Shown here one piece after another: positions 16,201-28,200 of a DNA stretch of 64,000 nucleotides. Where the stretch lies: assembly GCA_051294905.1 (NCBI GenBank), contig CM119375.1, positions 3,658,001 to 3,722,000 on the forward strand, written 5' to 3'. Each line of letters starts with the position of its first letter. Within the stretch, counting starts at the first letter, position 1. The notes beneath the pieces are model-generated. The model ran no database searches, was not told where the DNA came from, and saw nothing but the letters and a program-made list of their open reading frames with translations. The DNA comes from Botryllus schlosseri. Lineage: Eukaryota. The position numbers were made by a program, and so were the translations under genes.

Positions 16201-19200
16201 ATGATGATGTATTGCAAGATTGCGGCTAATTGCTTTGTTTAACTTGGTGACTAGTGCCCTGTCTAGACGGTTGAAGACATTTTGGAAATTAAAACTGCAG
16301 TGGTTTTCAAATAATGCTCGTTTAAAGACATTTTCAGTTCAAGTTTCTTATGTCTGAAGCTCTGAGAAATCAATGCCTTCCTTTCTCCATTGTAGTTTGC
16401 CGTGACTTGATAGAAATGTAAACGGCATACCTGTCGGAGCTTTCCTGGCTTCCACATTGTACCCAGTTATCTTGCTTCCTCCGTCGTAAGCGGGCGGAGT
16501 CCAACTCAAAGACACAGTCAATCTTGTTGTGTCAGACACCCGCACGGTACCAGGGGATCCAGGAGCACCTTCAAATCAATACATATTAGCCTACATACGC
16601 AATAGCGATATACCATATACCGTTAACAAAGTTATAGACAGGATGCTCGATTTAATAGTTTCATTAAAGCTGAGTCACTCATCTTATTATAGCATTACCT
16701 ACACTCAAATATTAAATTAAATACCAAAACCAACAAGAACAGCCTCATGGAATATGATTAGTAAATAAAATAAGGTCTATGGTCATTTTGCCATTGAAAA
16801 ATTATTTTCTATTGACCAGAAATGACTGAAACTTACTAATCGGTTCGCTGCATAACATCAAAGCAGACGGGTCGCTGTATTTCCCGATTCCGGCCGCATT
16901 TTCCGCCGAAACTCGGAATTCGTATTCGCGACCATCGGACAGTCCTGTGATCTTATACCGCAGATCTGTGACGGGCGATTTGTTGGCCTTGACCCAACGA
17001 AGTCCATGTTTGTCTCTTCTCTCGATATTGTAGCCTTCAAAAAATAGTAAAGTGATTAGGACAGAACAGAATGATTCGAATACTCGAATCTGAACCGAGT
17101 ATTATGTTCTTTCCAATTCTCTACTAGTCGCTGACGATTACCCCTGACGAGTGTCAGCCAAAAATATTCGGGTTCATTTCGATATCAATACACTATTCAA
17201 TTGCACTTCATACTGTAATGACGTCACAATGAGTGATACTCGAATACTCCTAGCCCCAGAATCAATTTTATGTAGACTTTTGTACTTACCGACAATCTCA
17301 TTACCGCCATCATTTTGTGGTCGGGCATATGAGATGGTAACACTGTCCGGCGTTGATGTACAGTATTCCGGACGCCCCGGGGCATCGGGTGTGGTGTACG
17401 ACACTTTCGCGATTACCGGGTCCGAGAGTAAGGCTTCGCCTACTCCGTATTTATTTTGTCCGGCGATTCTGAACTGGTACTCGTGGCCCTTGATCAGACG
17501 ATGCACGGTCAAATTGTTGGAAGTACAATTCGACGTGACCTTAAAAGCAAAGAGATCGTAGCGTATTTACGTAGCCAGAATAAAATTTGGACAACTGGAA
17601 TATTTTAACTCTTCCCAATTAGACTAGGATTGAATTCGCAAAAACTTTGAAATTTAACAACATTCTTGATTAGACAGAAATACGACAAAAAACTATTTCA
17701 GTTCATATCAAACCAGAATTTATTTTCATAAGCATGACAATGGCAAATCTATGTACACCAAGCTTGGCTCGTTTCGCACTATACAGTTCTCTCGTCGCAT
17801 TTACAGGAGAACCAGCTATTAAATCAGACTTAATATTGGAGAATAGAACCATTTCAAAAATTAGATTATAAATAGAATACAAGCATTTCGCTTTAATTAG
17901 TCTAATTAGACACCTACAATGGCCTCAATACAACTCAGTTTCTTACCACTGCCCAATTCAATCTTGTAGTTTCCCGTTTTTCGATAACGTAGCTTTCGAC
18001 AGACGCGCCGCCATTCTCTTCACACAATCCCCACCATAACGTCACTTTCTCGTTCGTTAATCCCGAGAATTTGATAGGGCCTGCCGGCGGACCTGGCCTG
18101 TCCAAGACTTGGAGTTTGAAATCCATGGTTTTTGTGGCACACGCGTTTTTGGCGGTTATTTCGTATTTTCCGGTGTTCGAACGGTTGCATTCTTTAATGA
18201 TAGCGATTGCGACGCCTTTGTTGTATTCAATCTCGATCTGAAATTGAATTACTTGGTGTTATGTTTGTTTTAGGTTCAATAAATATTCATATTGAACGTT
18301 ATTCAAGCTTCATTGTATACAATGATCTTTGCAATTCTTTATTATACAATTAAAAAGTATATTCTTGTTGAAACAAACCCAAATATATGAACAATCATAT
18401 CAATATACCATGTTCTTTCCAATTCTCTACTTGTTGCAGACGATTACCCCTGACGAGCGTCCGTCGAAAATATCCAGGTTTATTCAATATATCATTCAAT
18501 TGTAAATTGAATTTCTGTACCTCTAAGAGTCTCTTGAAATTCTCTATTACTGGCAGACGATTATTCTTCGTGAGTATCAGCCGAAAAGATCCGGGTTTAT
18601 ATCAATGTGAATATATTAATCGATCGTATACTGAAGTTCTGTTCCCACGAGAATCTATTCCAAGGTTTGTTTTAATGAAATAAACCAAGTCTTACTTGAG
18701 CGTTAGAGGCAAGTTCTCTGCCGTTATGTTTCCATGAAACTTTAGGTTGAGGTTTGCCTGTGATGTAAGCCTTCAGCTTCAAAGTCGTGCCTGCTTTTGC
18801 GGTGAGCCCATCTGCTATTTCAGTATCCAGTTGTATTGACGGTGGTTCTATGAAAAGCGTGTCACCGTGTTGATTTATAGCATGTGATTTATATGGCAAC
18901 AGATATTTACTGAAATCATCTCTGCACACGATTTCAGCACTGGGTAGTGACGGTTTGCTAACAGTGCCTGCGGCATTCCTCGCAGTAACTCGGAAGTGAT
19001 AGGATTCTCCGTTGGTGAGACCAGTGACTGTGAAATCGCACGCTTGGATGTTGGTGTAATTGCATTTCAGCCAACGATCATCATCACCTGTACGGAGGGA
19101 AATATGCTTAAGAACCACAATTACAAGCATACCACTCGATAAAAATAGGAGAGAAATACATCCAGAAAAGAGAACGCGCCGCGATCTGACACTCACCAGT

Positions 19201-22200
19201 CTTTCTCTCGATATTATACCCCACGATTTTACTGCCACCGTCACTCCTGGGTGGAGTCCATTCCAGAGACACAGAATCTCTGGTGATATCGGTCCAATCC
19301 GGGCATCCTGGAGCAGTGACTATATTCCTGGCTGTGTCAAATCGGCTCGGTTCGCTAGGACTGCTGACGCCCGCTGCATTTTCAGCGATGACGCAGAATT
19401 GATATTCGAGGCCCTTGAGAAACAGATTGCTATTCAAGGCATGCATAGATAGATATGATTTTATTCGTCACACCAAGTAACAAAGACGAAAGATACATAA
19501 AAACATGGCAATGTAGGCTATGACAGGACCGGGGGCCCTCAAGAGTCAGTCGCAACCCGTAAGAGTATCCGGTGGAAGCTATAGGTCATTACATAGACCC
19601 ACACACAGACATATACAGCAATCATTCAGAATATATATGCTAAGAAAACAACACAATATTGCGGCTAAGAGAGGATGTAGAAAAAATTGATATAGAATGT
19701 ATTTCTAAAAGTCAATAGATAATATCAGGAATTACAAGTGGTACAAAGTAACATTATCCAACCAGAAATTTACCATATCACTAGATTACACAGAAAATAC
19801 GGATGAATATACATTGATTATGAAAGATGTATTTACTTCCGTAAGTCCGGTGATTTTGTGATCGCGCTTCTTAGCAGGCACTGACGCAACTTTGGTCCAG
19901 AGTATTGCGTTTCTTTCTCGTTTCTCGATGTGATACGCGGTTATCTCAGAACCACCGTCGGACAACGATGCTTCCCAGTTGATAATCATGGCGTCGGCGT
20001 AGACATCTTCTATTTCCGGCTGTGGTGGTGCTGTCGGTACTCTGTTAAAGGATTAGTGAGTAAGATCTCTGACTATATGCAGTGGCAGAGTTGGACATCT
20101 GCGAGTATTTCAGGGCGTATTATGCATAGCATTGTGCCTTGTGCATCATTTTGTATATCGTATGTGCTGAGCGGATGAATATAAAATTCAAATATTATTA
20201 TAATCAACCTGAATGGATGGTCAGCAGTTATTTCCGCAGACTGCACAAATTCTCCGAGTCCGTATTTATTTTCAGCCGCAACTCTGAAGATATATTCTTT
20301 TCCTTGCATCAGCCGCGTGGCTTTGATGACCGTCCTGCTGCAACTGCCGCTGACCGAAGTCCAGGTTGTCGCGGCTGAATCTTTCTTTTCTATGACGTAG
20401 TTTGTGACGTCTGCTCCTCCTGTGTCTAAGGGCGGGGTCCATTTCAGTGCGGCGCTTTCAGACGTGATGTCGACTATGTCCAAATCGCGAACTTTACCAG
20501 GTACACCTATAAAAGAAGTTGTTACGTATGTAGAACATATGTGGGAAACATCATTTGTGAAGCAATGTGGGCATTGTGTTTCATACATGATGCAGCAAGT
20601 ACAGCAATAATAAATATTATTGAAAAGACGTTAATAACTAAACTAACAGCAACTTGACTCCATGTAAAGCTATATTTTTCAATGCTTTCCTATATTCACA
20701 GCATCAATTTATCATTATAATCGGTCTCTATATATTCTGTGTTTAAACTGTTAAAATGCCAACAAGGAAGTCGACAGCTTTATTTCTGCGATGGTCGCGA
20801 ATATCCAAAACTTACCATAAACGATTATCGTGAATGTCAGTTCCTTTCTGCCTACCGAATTTTCCATAGTCATAAAATACTGTCCAGCGTCGGATTTCGC
20901 AACCCGTCTGATTGTCAGCGTGGAGTTGTCGGAAACTTTTTCGTATGAAATACGCTCATTTTCTAAAGAAGAATACTTCTCTTAAATTTCAGTTTACTGA
21001 CAGACAAAAGTTTATTTCTAACAATTAGGAGAAATATTCAAGTAAAATAGTGATCACGACCGTTAGGTCATCCAGTCAACTGGTCTCATTATACAATGAT
21101 AACTATGCGTATATGCTATAAATATATGTTGTAAAAAGTATAATGATTTATTACATATAGTAACATATGCGAATGTTCTATACATCTTACATACATATAT
21201 CATATATATACAATATACATATATATGATTATATGTATTTACTGCTATCAATCAAATTAGATGAAACAAGTAATTATACAAAGTATGTTCTAAAAAGAAA
21301 GAATGAATGATTACAAGATTGCTCAGTGGTGATTGTCAAAGTGAAAAAACTCACGTTTCAGCGGAATCCTCTCTTTCGTCCAAGAAATGGTAGGTCTCGG
21401 TTTAGCAAATACAGGAATGGACAAGTCAATTTGACTTCCTTCTTTAGCATAGATGATTCCGTTCGTCGGTAACGAGCTTGTGTCTGCCTCCGGCAAACTA
21501 GTAATATCTCGAGCCGTGACAGGTCCGACCACTTCAAACTGCCCTAATCCAACTTCGTTTTGCGCTGCAACGTGAAATTCGTACATAGCTCCGGTTGACA
21601 AGTTATCAACCGTAATGTGCGGTTGTCTCGTCTTCAGAGTGTGCCATTCGTCACTGTCTTTCGCGGCATATTTGACGACGTAGGAGGATATCGGAATGCC
21701 TCCGTCTGTAGTGGGTTTGGACCAATCCAGCGAGATTGAGTGGTTGGTGATTCCGGAAACTTTGAGCCCGTTGACAGCGGCAGGAACTTCTGAAAATTTG
21801 AATATTCGTCTTTAAAAGATTAAATAAATACAGTCATGGAGTTGAAACTATGGTGTTGAATACATAATTTTAGGAAGCACCATCGAATGATGCATGCTAA
21901 TATATAAAGAAGACTTACCTACTTATATTTAAAACTATGTAAGAAAAAATATGTACATATAAATAAATAAAAACGCATCTATACTCTCTGAATATTTCAC
22001 TAATGTTCTGTGTCAATCGTTGATTAGTTATAACTGAATATGTATTAGTTTACATTTGATGTGTACCACGCTGTCTAGTGTCTACTAGATTTTTTGGTAT
22101 TATTACGCCACGCAGACAAAATATTTCTTAAATTTCGAATTTCATGCACCGTATTACGGTTCATTACTGGCGAGAGCTGGTAGAACATCTTTAAATGAAT

Positions 22201-25200
22201 AAATTTACAATATGGACATATGTTATTATGTAATTCTGAAGTTCTGTACCACAAATGGCTTGTTTGATCAAAAGTAAATGGAAACAGATTTAAACAAACC
22301 TGCGGCAATCACTAGTTGCGATTCAGACGGAATACCGTATCCTTGCGAGTTCTGAGCCATTACTCGGAAGCAGTAACTTGCGCCCGCTTGGAGATTATCG
22401 ATCTGCACAAGAGAGTTTCCGGTTGATTCAAGAATCGAAAAGGTAGTAAAAGTGAAGCTAACCTTGCAAGTAGTCTTGCTGACTTCAGCCAACACCACGG
22501 TCCAGGCGCGATGGATCGCTTCCCTCTTCTCAACTCGATAATTGAACACTTCGGAGCCTCCGTCAATCAATGGGGCATCCCATGATATAACGGCATCCTG
22601 CTGAGTCACCTTTTTGACTTTAATTGGACCAGGGGGTCCTGGTGTGTCTGAAATTGAGCATCAAATGATGATGAAGAGAAAATAACACAAACTTTGACGA
22701 GTTGATATGATTGAAGTGGATTCTGTGACTAGTTCAAAATCAGTAGTGTAATGATGGAGGATCCGGCTTCTTGATCAGTAGGTCGTGGGATCAATCCCTG
22801 GCCGGGTCAGACCGAAGACCTGATCAGTAACACTGGTATCCATGGCCTATACGCTTGGCGCTCAGCATTACCGAGATAGCATATGAGGTGGTGCAAGACT
22901 TAGAAAGCCTTACAAGACAGTATCTGCACATGCCTTGTCCAGCGCCATACGCACGTCATGCACTCAAGGTATGCATCTGCACAGATCATGTGTATGTATA
23001 TCATGAGCCAGTGTATATGCCGCAAAAACAACAAAGAAAAAATATTCAACGTCCTCTTTCTATTCCTTACTGATGACATCACATAATACGATTTTCCTAA
23101 GATCAAAGCTGGAATGTTCGAAAATCTCATCACTTGAATGCATACTATTGTCACACATAAAGAATAATGAATACCTAAAACTTTAATGCTGACGAATGTG
23201 TTGGCAGCTCCACTAGCATTTTCAAGCCCCAATGAATATTTCCCACTGTCATCTCTGTTACAATCCTGTATGATAAGGTGGGTCTTGGAGCGTGTGTTTT
23301 CCACTTGAATTCTTGGGTTGACGTTAACATTGACATCACCTGCAAGACAGAAACAAGCTCACTCAAATGACACATAATTCATGAGAAAAATATGATTACC
23401 TTTCGTCCAAGCTACATTGGGAGTCGGTCTTCCTTTGATTGGTACCTCGATGCTTACAGTAGAACCAGCTTTCACAATCATAGTCTTTCTCAGCGATGAA
23501 TCGAGTTCATATTCAGGAGGTTCCAATCTGTCTTCAGGTTTGATTGTTCCTAGCCAGAATCGAATGCGTTAAAGTCAGATTCAAGGATTAACACATTGAG
23601 AACAAACCTTTAATCATAGCTGATTCACCAACACCGCCCTTGTTTATAGCAGAAACTCGGAAAAGATAGAACTTATCCCCTGATAGCTTCTTGGCTTCGA
23701 ATGAAGTGTTGATAACATCGGTAGCAAGAATCTTCCAAGATTCAGAATCTTCAATTTGATCGTCTGCCTTTTCCAGTACAACACTCTCAACGAGGTATCC
23801 AGTAACTGGACTACCGCCGTTATACGCTGGCTTGTTCCACGCTAATGTGACGCTGGTGTTCGTAGAGTCTTTTACTCGGCAATTGCTAGGCGGGCCAGGG
23901 ACATCTACAAAGGTTCATAGTCATGATGAAGTCGAATTAAAAGGTGTGAAAATCTATGTCACCAATTGGGTCTCTCATTATCACCGGAACGGAGGGTATG
24001 CTGAATTGGCCAATGCCAGCCGCATTCACGGCTGCCACTTGGAATTCGTACTCGTTGTTCGGAGCTAATCCTGTGACTTTGTACCTTTAAAATAGGATAA
24101 GTATTATTTATGAGCACTCGCCTGTTGATAAACTTAAATAATATCTTAAATCACATGCATTATCTAGTGGTCATCATTAATCATTACTCCCATTTTGGAG
24201 AACTCAATAGGCTTAGCAAACTTGCGTTACTTACTCAAGTGGTTATGCGTTTGAATACTTCCACTTCTACTTTTTAAGGCAGTGCTACTTACTTTTCAAA
24301 ATTTGGATTTTGAAAAGTAGAGAGCAGTCTTAGGATAAATTTGCATCAATTTTTTAGTAAATTATGATAATGTTAACTGAATATATACCAGAATATCGAA
24401 TTGGTAATTTAATAGTATATTCATATTGAAATGAACCCGAATATTTTCGGCTGACACTCGTCAGGGGTAATCGTCAGCAACTAGTAGAGAATTGGAAAGA
24501 ACATTGTATATCAATGTTCTTTCCAATTCTCTACTAGTTGCTGACGATTACCCCTGACGAGTGTCAGCCGAAAATATTCGGGTTCATTTCAATATGAATA
24601 TACTATTTAATTGTATATTGAAGTTCTGTACCTCCAAGAAGCTCTTCGAATTGGTAATTGTGCATCTTAAAATTAATGTTTAAAGTTTGTCCACCAAAAT
24701 CTTCCAAATACTTTTTGAAATTACTGACTGGAGTAATTTTCATAACTTCTATTTTCAACTTAACTTGCAGTAGATTTAAGATGAGTTGCAAATTCATACT
24801 TTTACTTCTAGTTCGGGACATTCTACTTCTACTTGCAGAGACTAGCTGACTGCTGTGACAACCTCATGCATGATCTGGCCAAGTATATTGCAATCATAGT
24901 TCTGCCCTTGCAGGCAGCCAACAAGCTGTCAGCATTTCAGAAGAAAATTAGCAATATTTCGATATGCATATGGTATATTTACCACTAAAGTATATCAGTA
25001 GTAGTTTGAATAGTTTTATGCAAACAGGTGCGGAAATTTCTCATATCCAATTATACATTCCATACAAATTCTACAATGAAAGCAAAATACTCACCTCAGG
25101 TCTCGAATTTCCTTTTTGCTGCATTTTATCCACCTTGCGCTTTTTCGTTCTCTCCTCTCGAGCACATATCCGTCAATATCAGCTCCGCCATCAGTTTCCG

Positions 25201-28200
25201 GCCTGGTCCACATAACCACGCATCCAGTTGATGTCACGCCTGACAATTCGGGCATTCCAGGAGCGCTAGGCTCGGCTGCAAAAGGGATGTGCTGGCTACC
25301 ACGGCTTTAACACTGTTTACAAAGCAGGTGTTACCGAAGGCATTCTTTGCGACGATAGGTTCTGATATCAGCGGTTCGCCGACACCAAATTTGTTGACGG
25401 CTTGAATTTGGAATTGATACTCGTTGTTCTTTATCAAGCGCGGCACAGTAAAGGAGCAATGTTCCACCATTTTTGTGACAACCGACCTGTAGTTGAATAA
25501 CATCGTAAGATATTTTGAAAAAAGCAACAACATATACACAATTTATTGGTATTATAGCAATCCGGTAATGGTAAGAATGCATTTGGAGCAGTGATTCAAA
25601 ACCACAGTTTTACCATAATTAGGACTATTGTAATGCAGGGTTGTAATGACTCGAGTCACGATTTTCTGATGACTCGACTTGACTCGAGTCATTTTCTCAA
25701 AATATGAAAATGACTCGACTCGATTCAGTCTGTGTATTTACTCGACTTGGACTCGAGTCATTGCGTATGACTCGAACCAAGTCATATGACTCGAGACTCA
25801 GACGGCCAAGACCAACATTTCATTGTGATTTCCAAGAATAGTAAAGTAACAACCCTATTGGGATTTCGTTTATTGGTACTGGTACTTGAAAATGGCGACA
25901 AGAAACTGTTGTAAGTGAGGAAAAATTAGTATATTATAAACGCGAAACATTCGATATCACCAAACAAAGTTATAAAAGTAAGTTTAGTTAAGGACTTCAA
26001 CTGGAAACTGAGCAGTTAACACAATGACTTGGACTCGGACTCGAGTCATAATATCATGAGTCGGACTCGAACCTCTGCTCGAGGACTTGGACTCGGACTT
26101 GACTCGGTGGTGAATTGAAAATGACTCGACTTGACTCGAGTAAAAACTATGAAAGTGAGTTTGACTTGTGACTTGGTTACGACCCTGTTGTAATGTCTGG
26201 TGTAGATATGAGCATGCGACATAATAGCATATGACACTTAAGCAAGTGGGTTAAAGTTAGGGTTAGATTTGGGTTTGGGATTGGGGCGAGGATCAGTTTT
26301 GGGTTTATCAAGTCGCATACTACACTGTCTTTCATCATTGTGTGGCATGCTCAAATATCTGGCAAATATTATACACATTGTGACGAACGAATTTAAATTT
26401 TTAGAAATCTCAGATAAAAATTGAGTTTCGTTATTCGAAAGTCAATAGTACCATGACAATCTGGAAGTCTCTCTCTTCGAGACGACATATCCTTCGATGC
26501 TAGATCCTCCAGTCTGAGTAGGTGGCTCCCATCCGATTGTGACCCTCGACTCTGTAAGCCTTGAGAATTTCACAGGACCAGTAGGAGGACCAGGTTTGTC
26601 TGAATGAGATATGTTTTGATAATATTTTTGTAAGCACATACATAAATTCGTGTACGACTGTACCTTGCACCATGACTTTAATTTGAACAGTTTTTTCACC
26701 GCAAGCGTTTCTCGCCGTGATTTCGTAAGTTCCAGAGTCGGCTTTGGTGCAATCTTTCAAAACCAAACTGCTGTGATCTGGAGTAGTGTCGTATATGTGT
26801 TTCGTATCCGGTTTGATGTTGACACCGTTTCTAGTCCATGCTACTGCAGGCACTGGTTTTCCTTGTATGCCTACGTGAAGCCGCAAGGCAGAACCAGCGG
26901 TGACTTTGACTCCGTCGATCAAATGAGGATCTAAATCTATCCTCGGCGGTTCTGTGAATTAGATTAACATTACTGAGCTGCTGAAAAATAATTCCTGATC
27001 ATAAATACTCACTATAATCATCTTCACACTTGACAGGCCCAGTGCTGAACGATGGCTCGCTGAAGACGCCACCCGCGTTTTTAGCAATTACTCGGAATTC
27101 GTATTCTGATCCACCATTCAATCCTAAAGGTAGTATTCATAGTAAATAGATTTGTTTCCAAATTAGATCCTCTTTGGGATTCATTTTCAAGAATCATTGA
27201 AGATAACTTTGTTTGAAGATATTCTACTGATATTTTACTTCAAAACATTCAAAAAAAGGAAGAAAATATGCTAACTATACAACATTGCAACTTCATGGTC
27301 AGTCCGAAAGGTGGTTCTTTACCAATTTAGATCCACTTTGAGAGTTCTTTTACCGATATTTCTCATCACTTTGCGTGGAGAAATTTCTGATATTTCACTC
27401 AACAAAGATAATTATACCGTGCAAGATAGATATGCAACACTGCGACTCACCAGTGACAGTATATTCATTATCTGTTATAATGCTGAAGCTTCCTTTCGTC
27501 CATCTGCCTTTAGGCAGGTCCTTCCTTTCAACTACATATCCAACAATCTTTTGTCCCCCATCATATTCCGGCTTCTTCCATCTCAGTGATACAGACGATC
27601 GTGTGACATCGATGACTTCAACGTCACGCGGTATGTCGACTGGATCTCTTGCGATTACTGGCTCCGTTGGACGACTGGGCTTACTGACGCCGGCCGCGTT
27701 CTCTGCGTACACACGGAATAGATATTCGAGGCCTTCTTGGAGACCGGTGACTCGGAAATTCGGACTTCTGATGAGAGATCTGGAAAAAAGAGATAATGAG
27801 AAGACTATCGGAGGTATATGTAAAGTTCTTTCAAAATTTCTACTAGTTGCTGACGATTACCCTTGACAGCCGGAGATATTGGGGTTCATTTTTATACAAA
27901 TTAATATTATGCAATTGGACAACGAGAAAACTTTATAAAGGAGCATCAGAGTGAGACAGAGCGAGAGAAAGAAAGAGAGAGAGAGTATATTGCATCAACC
28001 ATGAAATACAGAAGGCAATTTTCATAAACGCGCAAGTCATGAAATGATGTAATCTTTCAATGGACGAACTGACATTACATGGTAGTGACGAAGAGATCCA
28101 ATAAGATTCATGGATTCATATAATTAATGGATTTGTTAATTTGATTCAATAATTAACTCACCGATTCATTTTCTTCCAAGTAATGCTGTTCCTGTCTTTC

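Noticed and set aside
26245-26310. Telomere-like TTAGGG/TTTGGG run (similar at about 48920-48945)
   Set aside because: Short and degenerate; more likely a transposon-associated simple repeat than an interstitial telomere.
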